NCBI GenBank assembly: GCA_964545565.1 | Contig: CAZJGT010000002.1 | Coordinates: 1 to 54,662, forward strand | Length of the DNA stretch: 54,662 nt | Source: an uncultured Thermoleophilia bacterium | GTDB taxonomy: Bacteria; Actinomycetota; Thermoleophilia; UBA2241 | Direction: 5' to 3' | Shown here: positions 16,918-26,351 of the stretch, in pieces | How the letters are laid out: each line of letters begins with the position of its first letter | How positions within the stretch are numbered: position 1 is the stretch's first letter | Notes under the pieces: model-generated | What the model saw: the letters and a program-made list of their open reading frames with translations, nothing else | Database searches by the model: none | What the model was told of the DNA's origin: nothing | Translations under genes and position numbers: made by a program

Positions 16918-18101
16918 TGGCGGACGGCCGCTCACCGACGACAGACCATCGCGCCCCCGGGGCGGGTTCGCCCGCGCCCGTCGGAGCCGGCCGGACGCTC
17001 GCGCCCGGCCGAGTCGGGCACGGGGACGATCGTGACGGTTCGGGCCTGCCGTACGGTCGCCGCCGGCGTACTGCCGCGAGCGCCCTGGTGGCGATGGCGG
17101 TCGCTCTCGCGCTCGGCGCGCTCCTCAACGCGCCGGCGATGCAGAAGACGGCACGCGAGCTGCCCTTCGGGGGCGAACGCAGCTTCCGGCTCGCCCTCGT
17201 CGATCCTCTCGCGACGGTGAGTCACCGGCTCTTCCTCGACCGCCCGGCCGGACTCACCGCCGGGGCGCTGGGAAGACCAGACCCCGGCCCGACCGACACG
17301 CGGGCCCTCGCGATCGCCACTGCGTCGCCAGAGCCGACCGGGGCGGGGGACGACGACGCAGCGACGAAGCCCTCGCAGGAGAAGCCGCTGCGGCGCCCCT
17401 ACAAGGGACACCCGATACACCTCTACATCGCCGGCGATTCGATGATGGGCCTGCCGGGGATGGCGCTCACCAATCTGGCGATCAAGACGAAGCTGATCAA
17501 GCCGCTGCTCGACTACAGGATCTCCACCGGGCTCGTCCGCCCGGACGCCTTCGATTGGCCGGCCCGACTGCGGTCCAAGGTGCGGGAGTTCGACGCCGGC
17601 GCCGTGGCCGTCATGTTCGGCGCCAACGACAACCAGCCCGTGCAGACGTCGTCGGGCAAGGTCCACCAGTTCGCCAGCGACGGCTGGAAGAAGGAATACC
17701 GCCGACGGGTGCAGGACACCGTCGATCTGCTGTTTGAGGAGGGGGCCCGGCGCGTGTACTGGATCGGGCAGCCGGTGATGCCGGAAGCGCCGTTCAACGA
17801 CCAGATCAGGCTGATGAACGACATCTACGCGAGCGTGGCCGAGTCGACGCCGGGGGTCGTGTACATCGACGCGTACAAGCTGCTCACCAATCGCAGCGGG
17901 CGGTACTCGCAGTACTTGCCGGACGCCGGCGGGACGATGCAGCAGGTCCGGGAGCTGGACGGCGAGCACCTCACCTACGCCGGCGGTCTGCGCGTCGCCG
18001 AGGCGGTGATCGACGCGATCAAGCAGGAGTGGTTCCCCAAGAAGGCGGAGGCCGGCGCAGCATCGCCGAAGGCGTCGACGAAGGCCTCACCCTCGCCCTG
18101 A
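16917..18101 (+). CDS. Membrane-anchored SGNH/GDSL hydrolase (DUF459-like), paralogue 2
   Basis: The C-terminal 394 codons of listed ORF 15273..18101. ATG 16917 overlaps the MBOAT stop (TGATG). One TM helix (ALVAMAVALALGALL), then blocks AGDSMMG, GANDNQ and DGEHLT. Confidence 0.8.
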   Translation: MADGRSPTTDHRAPGAGSPAPVGAGRTLAPGRVGHGDDRDGSGLPYGRRRRTAASALVAMAVALALGALLNAPAMQKTARELPFGGERSFRLALVDPLATVSHRLFLDRPAGLTAGALGRPDPGPTDTRALAIATASPEPTGAGDDDAATKPSQEKPLRRPYKGHPIHLYIAGDSMMGLPGMALTNLAIKTKLIKPLLDYRISTGLVRPDAFDWPARLRSKVREFDAGAVAVMFGANDNQPVQTSSGKVHQFASDGWKKEYRRRVQDTVDLLFEEGARRVYWIGQPVMPEAPFNDQIRLMNDIYASVAESTPGVVYIDAYKLLTNRSGRYSQYLPDAGGTMQQVRELDGEHLTYAGGLRVAEAVIDAIKQEWFPKKAEAGAASPKASTKASPSP

Positions 18102-18243
18102 CGGAGGCGGTCCGATCGCGGGGACCCTGAGTCGCCGGGCGCCGCGGGAAGAGCTTCGTTGCCCGCGCTCCACTGGTGTAGCATCCCCGCAGGCAGGCGG
18201 GACCGATGCCGGGCCCGTGCACTGGTGACCGACAGGCGGCTGC

Positions 18244-19680
18244 GTGCTCTTCCCCACGATCACGTTCGCGCTCTTCTTCCTCGTCGTGTACGTGGCCAAC
18301 TGGTTGCTGATGCCGCGGTTGCGCCTCTGGAAGTGGTTCATCATCGGCGCCAGCTACGTGTTCTACGGCTGGTGGGACTGGCGCCTCGTCTTCCTGCTGA
18401 CCGGCGCCACACTCGTGAACCAGGCGCTCGGCGTGCGCGTCTTCCGGGCGCGAGGACGGCGCGACGGCACGTCCGCACGGCGCTGGCTGGTCCTCGCCGT
18501 CGCCGCCAACCTTGTGACGCTCGGCGTCTTCAAGTACTTCGACTTCTTCGCCGTGAGTCTCAACGACGTGCTCGGCGCTCTCAGTCTGGGCGCCCCCCTC
18601 CCGCTGCTGCGCATCCTTCTGCCGGTCGGCATCTCGTTCCTCGTGTTCCGCATGCTGACGTACGTGATCGACATCTACCGCGGGCAGCTCGCGCCGGCGC
18701 CGGCGCTGGATTTCGCCGTGTACACGGCCTTCTTCCCGTATCTCCTCGCAGGTCCCATCGCCCGCGCCCGCGAGTTCCTCCCGCAGCTCACCTCGCCGAG
18801 GGATCCCCGCGCCGTGGACTCGTCACGCGCGTTCGCGCTCATCCTCGGCGGACTCGCCAAGAAGATGTTGATCGCCGACTACCTCGCGACGCACATCGTG
18901 AACGGGCTGTTCGCGTCTCCGCAGACCTACTCGTCGTGGGAGACGCTGTGGGGGATCCTGGCGTACTCGGTCCAGATCTACTGCGACTTCAGCGCCTACG
19001 CCGACATCGCCATCGGCGTCTCGCTACTTCTCGGGTTCGAGCTGCCGGACAACTTCGACGCGCCGTACACGGCTCGCACCATCCAGGACTTCTGGCGCCG
19101 CTGGCACATCACCCTGTCGAGCTGGCTGCGCGACTACCTGTACATCCCGCTGGGCGGCAATCGCAAGGGTCGGGGCCGCACGTATGCGAACCTCGTGATC
19201 ACCTTCCTGCTCGGCGGCCTGTGGCACGGAGCGGGCTGGACGTTCGTCTTCTGGGGGCTCATGCACGGCACGGGCCTCGCGCTCGAACGGGCGCGCGCCG
19301 ACGCGCGTCACTCCAGAGGCCTGCGCGCCCCGGGCGCCACGGCGGGCGCGAGGGCGCTTCAGCGGCTCTGGGTGTTCGCCTTCGTCAGTGTGGCATGGGT
19401 GTTCTTCCGCGCAGAGTCGATGGGCAACGCCTTAGCGGTGCTCTGGCGGCTGATCGCCGGGCTCGGGTCGGTCGGCTCTGCGGCGACCCCGGCGGTGGTG
19501 GGCCTCGTGGCCCTCGGCATCGCCATCCAGTACGTGCCGCGGCGCACGATCCGGGGTCTCGAGGCCGGCTTCAGCCGCGTCGGCTGGGTGGGCCAGGGGC
19601 TCATGCTGGCGCTGGCCCTGTTCCTGATCGACGTGTTGGGGCCGGCCGGTCCGGCCGAGTTCCTGTACTTCAAGTTCTAG
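18244..19680 (+). CDS. MBOAT-family O-acyltransferase, copy 2
   Basis: 478-aa ORF with a GTG start. About two-thirds identical to copy 1 by eye, with the same RRWHITLS histidine block. Confidence 0.9.
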   Translation: MLFPTITFALFFLVVYVANWLLMPRLRLWKWFIIGASYVFYGWWDWRLVFLLTGATLVNQALGVRVFRARGRRDGTSARRWLVLAVAANLVTLGVFKYFDFFAVSLNDVLGALSLGAPLPLLRILLPVGISFLVFRMLTYVIDIYRGQLAPAPALDFAVYTAFFPYLLAGPIARAREFLPQLTSPRDPRAVDSSRAFALILGGLAKKMLIADYLATHIVNGLFASPQTYSSWETLWGILAYSVQIYCDFSAYADIAIGVSLLLGFELPDNFDAPYTARTIQDFWRRWHITLSSWLRDYLYIPLGGNRKGRGRTYANLVITFLLGGLWHGAGWTFVFWGLMHGTGLALERARADARHSRGLRAPGATAGARALQRLWVFAFVSVAWVFFRAESMGNALAVLWRLIAGLGSVGSAATPAVVGLVALGIAIQYVPRRTIRGLEAGFSRVGWVGQGLMLALALFLIDVLGPAGPAEFLYFKF

Positions 19681-19696
19681 CGAGTTAATCGAAACG

Positions 19697-20908
19697 ATGA
19701 CGCACGATGCGCGATACGGAGGCGGGACCAGGCGGGGCGACCGGTGGCGCCGTGAGGAGGGCGCCGACATCCGCCCGCGCCGCTCGGCGGACGACTGGCG
19801 CAGGCCGGAGTACCCTGCGGGCGCGGCGCCGCGATCGCGGGCGCGCGACGGTGGCTACGAGCTCGAGGAGGAGTGGGAGGAGTGGCTCGAGCCTGAGGCG
19901 CCGCATAGGCCTGAGACCGGCGGGCCGCCTCCGGACCGCGGTCCCGGACCACGCCGGCGTCGGTCCTCGGCCGGCGCGGTACTCCTCGCCATGCTGCTCG
20001 GCTTCTTCCTCGCCGGCCTGCTCGACGCGGGCAACATCCGCAAGGACGTCGAGGGGAGGCCGTACGGTGTGCTCCGCTCGGTCCAGCTTGCGATGCTGGC
20101 GCCGATGACGGGGCTGAGCGGCGCGCTCCGCGCCGACGACCTCGGGTCCGCGATCGCCGGCGTGCTGGGTCGCGGCGAGGAAGTGCACCACACCCTCGCC
20201 GAGGTGGGGGGGAGCAAGACGCCGCTTTGGCCACGCGCGATCACGGAGAAGAAACCGCTGCGGCTGTACATCGCCGGCGATTCCATGAACCAGGTCTTCG
20301 GCTCGTCGCTCGTCAACTTGGCGGAGGCCACCGCGCTGGTGAAGGCCAGGAACGACTACCACGTCTCGAGTGGGCTCAGCCGGCCCGACTTCTACGACTG
20401 GCCGCAGCGTCTGGTCGACCAGCTCGTCGACTTCAGGCCCGACGCGGCCGTCGTCCTCTTCGGAGCCAACGATGGCCAGAACGTCCTCTACGAAGGTAAG
20501 GTGCTGAAGGTCGGCACCAAGGCCTGGCAGGAGGTCTACGCCCGGCGGGTCGGCGAGGCGATGGACATCCTCACCAAGGGCGGTCGTCGCGTCTACTGGG
20601 TGGGCAATCCCATCATGAAGCGGTCCGCCTACCGCGAGCGCATCGCGATGATGAACCACCTCTACGCGGCGGAGGCCGGCAAGCGTCCCGGCGTCGCCTT
20701 CGTGAGTACGTGGACGGCGCTGGCCGATGAGAACGGCTCCTACGCGGAGTACCTCGAGGACGAGAACGGCGACATGACCCTGATGCGGGCGTCGGACGGC
20801 ATCCATCTGACGCGCGCCGGCGGCGATCGCATGGCGGGCGTCGTGCTCGACGTGATCCTGAAGGACTGGGGTATCACGGGGACGCCTTCCCCCGTCCCGG
20901 ACCCCTGA
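19697..20908 (+). CDS. Membrane-anchored SGNH/GDSL hydrolase (DUF459-like), paralogue 3
   Basis: 403-aa ORF starting 16 nt after MBOAT copy 2. A long Arg/Glu-rich tail, a TM helix (AVLLAMLLGFFLAGLL), then blocks AGDSMNQ, GANDGQ and DGIHLT. Confidence 0.8.
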   Translation: MTHDARYGGGTRRGDRWRREEGADIRPRRSADDWRRPEYPAGAAPRSRARDGGYELEEEWEEWLEPEAPHRPETGGPPPDRGPGPRRRRSSAGAVLLAMLLGFFLAGLLDAGNIRKDVEGRPYGVLRSVQLAMLAPMTGLSGALRADDLGSAIAGVLGRGEEVHHTLAEVGGSKTPLWPRAITEKKPLRLYIAGDSMNQVFGSSLVNLAEATALVKARNDYHVSSGLSRPDFYDWPQRLVDQLVDFRPDAAVVLFGANDGQNVLYEGKVLKVGTKAWQEVYARRVGEAMDILTKGGRRVYWVGNPIMKRSAYRERIAMMNHLYAAEAGKRPGVAFVSTWTALADENGSYAEYLEDENGDMTLMRASDGIHLTRAGGDRMAGVVLDVILKDWGITGTPSPVPDP

Positions 20909-20976
20909 TCTCTCGATTGCGGGCGCGGCGCGGTCTCCCCGCCGGGCGCCGCGGACGATCGACGCGACGCGAGCCG

Positions 20977-21954
20977 TCAGGCGGCGATGAGGGCGACGCC
21001 GGCGAGCGCCGCGGCGGCGCCGGCCATCTGGTGCGGCGCGATCCGCTCGCGCAGCACGCCGAAGGCGAGGAGCACCGTGACGACGGGGTACAGCGTCCCC
21101 AGCACGGCGGTGAGGCTGAGGTAGCCGTGGGTGGTCGCCAGCGCGAACAGCCCGTTGGCACTGGTGTCGAGGATGCCGACCGCGACGATGAAGGGCACAG
21201 CCGCACGTCGCACGGTGACGTGCGGCCGCAGCGCGAGAAAGAGCATCGCGAAGATCGTGGCGGAGGAGAGACGCCCGGCCAGCATGGCCCACAGGGGGTC
21301 GTAGCGGGCCGTCGCGTCGTAGCCGATGAGGACGAGCCCGATGCAGACCGCCGCGGTCAGGGCGAGGAGGATCGCCCGCTGCTGATCGCGGCGTGCGGGG
21401 CGCGGGGCGTGAAGGGACCGTGCCGGTCCCTCTGGTGGACCGGTTTGGCCTGCGCTCTCCACGGCGCCGAAGAGCGCCGCGGCGCCGGCCGGCTCGACGG
21501 CCGGCTCGCCGGGTAGCGCCGCGACCCCGATCCTCTCGCCGGTGCGCGCCGGCTCCACGGCGACGAGGACGACGCCGACGGCGGCGAGCGCGACGCCGCT
21601 CAACTGCACGCTTGTCGGCCGCTCGCCCGCGGCGATGCCGACGGCGAAGGGGATGAGCGCGTTCATCGCGCTGATGGGCGCCACGACGCTCATCGTGCCG
21701 ATCGCGAGCGCTTTGTAGAAACAGGAGATGGCGACGACGCTGGCAAGGCCCCCGAGCATGACCGGCCAGACTGCATGCAGGCCCGGCCATCCGTGGCCGG
21801 TCCCCAAGGTCACCAGCGCCGCTCCCGCGAGGCCCACCGCCTGGCTGCCGATGATGACCGCCCACAGACTCGCGCGCCTGGTGCTGAGACCGCCCAGGAA
21901 GTCGCCGGATCCCCAGCAGATGGACGCGCCGAGGGCGAGGGCGATGCCGAGCAT
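20977..21954 (-). CDS. EamA/DMT-family transporter
   Basis: 325-aa ORF with two 5-TM EamA-like halves joined by an unusually long Ala/Pro-rich linker. Confidence 0.8.
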   Translation of the reverse strand: MLGIALALGASICWGSGDFLGGLSTRRASLWAVIIGSQAVGLAGAALVTLGTGHGWPGLHAVWPVMLGGLASVVAISCFYKALAIGTMSVVAPISAMNALIPFAVGIAAGERPTSVQLSGVALAAVGVVLVAVEPARTGERIGVAALPGEPAVEPAGAAALFGAVESAGQTGPPEGPARSLHAPRPARRDQQRAILLALTAAVCIGLVLIGYDATARYDPLWAMLAGRLSSATIFAMLFLALRPHVTVRRAAVPFIVAVGILDTSANGLFALATTHGYLSLTAVLGTLYPVVTVLLAFGVLRERIAPHQMAGAAAALAGVALIAA

Positions 21955-21964
21955 GTCCAGAGGC

Positions 21965-21982
21965 TATCACGGCGCGGTGATA
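21965..21982. promoter_or_regulatory. Palindrome TATCAC-N6-GTGATA in the divergent EamA/ArfB intergenic region (candidate operator)
   Basis: Perfect 6-bp inverted arms, relatively AT-rich, 10 bp from the EamA start codon. Confidence 0.3.
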
Positions 21983-22022
21983 CGCTTGTGCGGCGTCACC
22001 GGGCGCCCCGAAGAGACACGCC

Positions 22023-22382
22023 GTGATCCAGCCCATCGACATCCCCGAGAGCGACGAGGCCCTCCTCGCCGAGTGCGAGGTGCAGACCTTCCGCGCCGGC
22101 GGGCCCGGGGGCCAACACCAGAACGTCACCGACAGCGCGGTGCGCCTGGTCCATCGGCCCACGGGCGTGACGGTGACCTGCCGGGCGCAGCGCAGCCAGT
22201 ATCTGAACAAGACGGACGCGCTGCGCCGCTTGCGGCTCAAGCTCAAGAAGCTGAACGAGCCGCCACCTCCGCCGCGCCGGCCCACCCGGCCGTCGCGGGC
22301 GGCGCGGGAGCGGCGCCTCGTCGAGAAGACGCGCCGCGGCGCCGCCAAGCGCCTGCGGCGTCCGCCCTCCACCGACGAATAG
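22023..22382 (+). CDS. arfB: ArfB-like peptidyl-tRNA hydrolase (RF-1 domain, GGQ motif)
   Basis: 119-aa ORF with a GTG start. GPGGQHQN motif and a Lys/Arg-rich C-terminal tail, as in ribosome-rescue factor ArfB. Confidence 0.8.
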   Translation: MIQPIDIPESDEALLAECEVQTFRAGGPGGQHQNVTDSAVRLVHRPTGVTVTCRAQRSQYLNKTDALRRLRLKLKKLNEPPPPPRRPTRPSRAARERRLVEKTRRGAAKRLRRPPSTDE

Positions 22383-22387
22383 CGCCG

Positions 22388-23200
22388 ATGGCGGTCATGG
22401 CCGGCATCCTCCTGGTGGCTTTCGTTGCCGGCGTGTTCGGCAGCATGCTGGGCGTGGGCGGCGGCGTGATCATGGTCCCCGTCCTCAGTCTCGCCTTCGG
22501 CGTTCCCATCAAGACGGCGATCGCGACCAGCATCGTCTGCGTGATCGCCACGTCGTCGATGGCGCAGACGACCTTTGCTGCGCGTGGCATGACCAACATG
22601 CGCCTCGGCATGTTCCTCGAGGTGGCGACCACGGTCGGTGCGATCGCCGGCGGTGTGACCGCGGTCCTCATCGACGGCCGCATCCTGCAGGGCTGCTTCG
22701 CCGTCGTGCTCTTCTACGTCGCCTGGCAGATGGGTCGCCGGCGCGCCGGCGACCAGCCGGTCGAGACGGGGGTGATGCCGTCGCGCTACTACGACCCGGC
22801 CTCGTCCCGCGAAGTCAGCTACGGAGTCCGCGGCTTGCTGCCGGGCTTCGTCCTCTCTGTGGCGGCCGGCAACGTGTCCGGCCTCCTGGGCGTCGGCGGC
22901 GGCGCCTTCAAGGTGCCGATCATGAGGCTGCTCATGGGCGTGCCGCTCAAGGCGACGATCGCGACCAGCAACCTCATGATCGGCGTCACCGCCGCCACGG
23001 GCGCCGCGATCTTCTACGGCCGCGGCTACATGGACCCGTACTGGGCCGTCCCGGCCGTGCTCGGCATTCTCGCCGGGGCGTTGGTCGGCCCGCACCTGGC
23101 CATCCGGCTCCAGACGCGGATCCTCGTCGTGGTCTTCGAGGGCGCCCTCGTCGTCTTCGGCGTGCTGATGGCGTTGCAGGCGCTTGGAGTGGGGCTGTGA
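22388..23200 (+). CDS. TauE/SafE-family anion (sulfite-like) exporter
   Basis: Listed ORF 21728..23200 trimmed to ATG 22388 (MAVMAGILLV...). 270 aa with repeated GVGGG motifs. Confidence 0.85.
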   Translation: MAVMAGILLVAFVAGVFGSMLGVGGGVIMVPVLSLAFGVPIKTAIATSIVCVIATSSMAQTTFAARGMTNMRLGMFLEVATTVGAIAGGVTAVLIDGRILQGCFAVVLFYVAWQMGRRRAGDQPVETGVMPSRYYDPASSREVSYGVRGLLPGFVLSVAAGNVSGLLGVGGGAFKVPIMRLLMGVPLKATIATSNLMIGVTAATGAAIFYGRGYMDPYWAVPAVLGILAGALVGPHLAIRLQTRILVVVFEGALVVFGVLMALQALGVGL

Positions 23201-23616
23201 ACGGCGAGCATCCCGCGCGCGGGAAGCCGCCTCGTGACGGCGCCGGCCAAGCCGACGCGCCGCGCACCCCCCCACGGCATGTCATGGACCTGGTCGAACG
23301 TATGGTGCGGCGCGTCCTTCTCGTGGGGATCGCCCTGAGCGTCACGCTCATGGCGGTCGGACTCATCCTCGGCGCCCTCGGGGGAGACGGTCTGCCTTCC
23401 GGCGTCGTCCCCCTCACGGGCATGCCGTCCAGGCTGGCCGAGCTCGACGCCGCCGCCTTCCTGTCGCTGGGCCTGATCGTACTCATCGCCACGCCGTTCG
23501 TGCGCGTCGGCGGGTCGATCATCGCGTTCGCAAGCGAAGGCGAGCGGCGCTACGTGCTGATCACGGCGGTCGTGCTGGCCGTCATGTGCGTGAGCGTCGT
23601 CCTCGGCAAGGCCTGA
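23197..23616 (+). CDS. DUF1634 domain membrane protein (usual TauE partner)
   Basis: The GTG start overlaps the TauE stop (GTGA). C-terminal LGLIVLIATPFVRVGGSIIAF...YVLITAVVL is typical of DUF1634. The start could instead be ATG 23284. Confidence 0.65.
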   Translation: MNGEHPARGKPPRDGAGQADAPRTPPRHVMDLVERMVRRVLLVGIALSVTLMAVGLILGALGGDGLPSGVVPLTGMPSRLAELDAAAFLSLGLIVLIATPFVRVGGSIIAFASEGERRYVLITAVVLAVMCVSVVLGKA

Positions 23617-23667
23617 GGGGCAGATGCCGCGACGCGACCGACGCACGGCGGGGGGGTCGCGGCGACG

Positions 23668-24927
23668 TCAAAGGGCGCAGTCCGGACCCGCGTCGAGGCC
23701 GCGGACCGCGGCCGCGGCGCGCCGGCCGGAGACCATCGCTCCCTGGATCGACGCCGTGGCCCGGTGGTCGCCGCACACGAACAGGCCGTCCCTCAGACGC
23801 GCCGGCCGTTCCGGCCCGGCGAGGACCGGGGGCGGTTGCGCCGGAAGCGCGAAGGGGATGCGGCGAACGCGCAGAAGTCGCCACGCCCGCACCTGCATGC
23901 CGAACCAGTCGTGCAACTGGTCCCGGACGGCGCCGTCGAGCGCGTCGTCCGAGAGGACCGGGAGACCGAGCACGGTGGCCGAGACCAGCGCCGCTCCAGG
24001 CGGCGCATAGCTCGGCGCGACGTCACTCGGCACGCAGAGGTCGTTGACCGGGCCGCGCCCGTCCCCATCGAGCACGAGGACCGGCTCGCCGACGGGCGAG
24101 CGCTCGGCCGCGTAGTGGATGGTGGTCACGGCCCGGGGAGCCGGCGCCTCGACGGCGCCGGTGAGCCGGGCCGCCTCGGGCCCGTCCGCCGCGACCACCA
24201 CGGATGGGGCGGTGAGCCGCTCGCCGCTGGCGAGGATGACCTCTCCCGGTCCGGCGGATCCGACCGTCGCGCCGAGGTGTAGCGTCGCCTCCGGCAGGCC
24301 GTCGGCCAGCTGGTGCGGGATGGCCTGCATGCCGGCCGCGGGGAGCGCGGCTTCTCCCTCCGCGAAGAGCTTGAAGATGAAGGCGAAGAGGCGGCTCGAC
24401 GTCTCCAGGCACGCGTCGAGGAAGATGCCGCCGAAAAACGGCCGGAAGAAGGAGTCGACGAACTCGGCCGAGAAGCCCTCGCGGCGCAGCGCCTCGGCGG
24501 TGGTGACCTGCGGGGCGGTGAGCATCTCGTTCAGCGAGTGGCGTGAGAGCCTGGACCGAAGTCGCACGACGCGAAGCATGTCGACGATGCTGCCGGGGGA
24601 GTCGAGCAGGCTCTCGAGTCCTTTGAGCGGGTGCCGGGAGGGGTCCGCGACGCGCGTGAAGCGTCGGCCGTGGCGGATCAGCGCGCCGCTCTCGAACGGA
24701 CGAAGCCGGAGGCGTTCATAGTCGAGAACCCGGCGCGCTTCGGGGTACGCGGTGAGGAGTACCTGGAAGCCGCGGTCCAGCAGGAAGCCCTCGACGTTGT
24801 CGGTGCGCACGCGCCCTCCGGGAGCGTCGCCCCGCTCGAGGACGAGTACGTCGAGCCCGGCGGCGTGGAGCTCGCGGGCGCAGCAAAGGCCGGCGAGTCC
24901 GGCGCCGACGACGATGACGTCAGGCAT
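23668..24927 (-). CDS. NAD(P)/FAD-dependent oxidoreductase (amine-oxidase/desaturase-like)
   Basis: 419-aa ORF with the N-terminal dinucleotide fold VIVVGAGLAGLCCA...LERGDAPGGR. Confidence 0.85.
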   Translation of the reverse strand: MPDVIVVGAGLAGLCCARELHAAGLDVLVLERGDAPGGRVRTDNVEGFLLDRGFQVLLTAYPEARRVLDYERLRLRPFESGALIRHGRRFTRVADPSRHPLKGLESLLDSPGSIVDMLRVVRLRSRLSRHSLNEMLTAPQVTTAEALRREGFSAEFVDSFFRPFFGGIFLDACLETSSRLFAFIFKLFAEGEAALPAAGMQAIPHQLADGLPEATLHLGATVGSAGPGEVILASGERLTAPSVVVAADGPEAARLTGAVEAPAPRAVTTIHYAAERSPVGEPVLVLDGDGRGPVNDLCVPSDVAPSYAPPGAALVSATVLGLPVLSDDALDGAVRDQLHDWFGMQVRAWRLLRVRRIPFALPAQPPPVLAGPERPARLRDGLFVCGDHRATASIQGAMVSGRRAAAAVRGLDAGPDCAL

Positions 24928-25010
24928 GGGTGGCGCCTCCGTCGGTCATCTGTCGCCGTCCGCTCACGATCCACTCCTTGTGCCGTTGCCACGGCAGTAT
25001 ACGCGAGCCG

Positions 25011-26351
25011 TCAGTTCATGACCCGCTCGCGCACACCGGCTCCCCAGAGCACGACCATGTCGCGGCCGTCGGCCTTGGCCCGGTAGAGCGCTTTGTCGGC
25101 CAGCTCCATGAGCTCGTCGAACACGGTCGCGTCGCGCGGACAGGTGGCGACGCCGACGCTGATCGTGATGTTGACCTCAGGCGGCAGCCCGAGGCCTGTG
25201 TACCGCGTGCCGCTGAGCGTGCGGCGCACGCGGTCGGCCACGGAGTAGGCGGCGTCGCCCGGCGTGTTGGGCAGAAGGACGGCGAATTCCTCGCCACCGT
25301 GCCTCGAACAGATGTCGGCGTTACGCAGCGCGTTCTTCATCGCTCTCGCCACCGTCTGCAGGACGCGGTCGCCGGTGGCGTGGCCATAGGTGTCGTTGAA
25401 CCGCTTGAAGTGATCGATGTCCACCATGAGCACGCTCAGGGGCTCCTGGTGTCGCAGGCTCCGCTCGATCTCCTCGCCGGCGCGGTTCGTGAAGAAACGC
25501 CGGTTGTACAGCCCCGTCAGGTGGTCGGTGACGACCTGGCGACGAATGGCGTCGTACTTGTGGGCATTGGTGAGGGCGCTCTGGATGTGGTTCTGAAGAG
25601 CGCCGAGGATGTCGTCCGTCAGCACGTCGGCGTACTCGCCGCTGGTCGACGCGACGAGCAGCGCCATGTCGCCCACGTGCTCTACCTTGACGGGGATCAC
25701 CAGCTGATGGGTCATGGTGTGCGGGTAGAGCGTGCAGACGTGGTCCTTCGCCCGCGTCACCTGCTCCGACGTGACCGCCTCCCGGACCGGGCAGTCCGGG
25801 GTGGATGCGCAGCATTCGGCCGAGAGCGTCGGCGTGAGCACGCCCTGCGCACCCTCGAGCGTGAAGTCACGCGCCTCGGCATCGAGCAGCAGCAGCGCCG
25901 CGAAATCCGCGTGCAGGAAGGATCTGCTGCGCGAGAGAACACGCTCGACCGTCTCTCGATACGGCAGAGCGGCGTTCATCTCCCGCCCCAACACACCGAC
26001 GTCCATGAGCTGGCGGTTGAGCGCCTGGGCGCGCAGGAGGTCCTCTTTGATGCTCTGGGAGACCCACTCCTTGTCTTCGGCGGCGGTGAACACGGCGATG
26101 AGCGTGCCGACGAGGTGGCCGAGCTCGCGGATCTCGTCGCGGTAGAAGGGATCGTCGCCCTCGTGGTCGCCGCCGAGTCGCCGGCGCGAACGGTGGATCA
26201 GGCCGCTGACCGGCCGGTAGACCCAGAGGTCGAACGTCACCGCGATGACGGCGAAGAGGCCGAGGAGCACGACGGCGATCTGCCACATCGAGTGCGGGTC
26301 GACGACCGAGACGAGCGCGACGAAGGCCGCAGCGAGCGCCAGGGCCACCAC
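25011..26351 (-). CDS. Membrane-bound diguanylate cyclase (2 TM + GAF-like + GGDEF; GGEEF active site, RNAD I-site)
   Basis: Listed ORF 25011..26681. The C-terminal GGDEF domain carries RHGGEEF and RNAD five residues upstream. The start is uncertain: the only in-frame starts are TTG 26681 and GTG 26351/26348. The 26352-26681 stretch has poor third-position G+C and overlaps a better-coding small ORF. Confidence 0.75.
   Translation of the reverse strand: MVALALAAAFVALVSVVDPHSMWQIAVVLLGLFAVIAVTFDLWVYRPVSGLIHRSRRRLGGDHEGDDPFYRDEIRELGHLVGTLIAVFTAAEDKEWVSQSIKEDLLRAQALNRQLMDVGVLGREMNAALPYRETVERVLSRSRSFLHADFAALLLLDAEARDFTLEGAQGVLTPTLSAECCASTPDCPVREAVTSEQVTRAKDHVCTLYPHTMTHQLVIPVKVEHVGDMALLVASTSGEYADVLTDDILGALQNHIQSALTNAHKYDAIRRQVVTDHLTGLYNRRFFTNRAGEEIERSLRHQEPLSVLMVDIDHFKRFNDTYGHATGDRVLQTVARAMKNALRNADICSRHGGEEFAVLLPNTPGDAAYSVADRVRRTLSGTRYTGLGLPPEVNITISVGVATCPRDATVFDELMELADKALYRAKADGRDMVVLWGAGVRERVMN

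Larger units (their letters stand above)
15370..18101 (+). repeat. Tandem segmental duplication, unit 1 (MBOAT + SGNH)
   Basis: Collinear with 18244..20908 at protein level. The 96-nt stretch 16095-16190 differs from 18978-19073 at only about 9 positions by eye. Confidence 0.7.
18244..20908 (+). repeat. Tandem segmental duplication, unit 2 (MBOAT + SGNH)
   Basis: See unit 1. Confidence 0.7.

Noticed and set aside
21965-21982. Prophage operator interpretation of the lambda-like TATCAC/GTGATA palindrome
   Set aside because: No repressor, integrase or phage structural genes are nearby, and a 6-bp half-site match can arise by chance. I kept it only as a generic operator candidate.
19685-23275. 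1196-aa ORF on the minus strand, the longest in the track
   Set aside because: It is extremely Arg/Ala/Pro/Gly-rich with no recognisable domain. It runs antisense or out of frame across five well-supported genes (SGNH 3, EamA, ArfB, TauE, DUF1634). This is the stop-codon-poor shadow frame expected at about 70% G+C.
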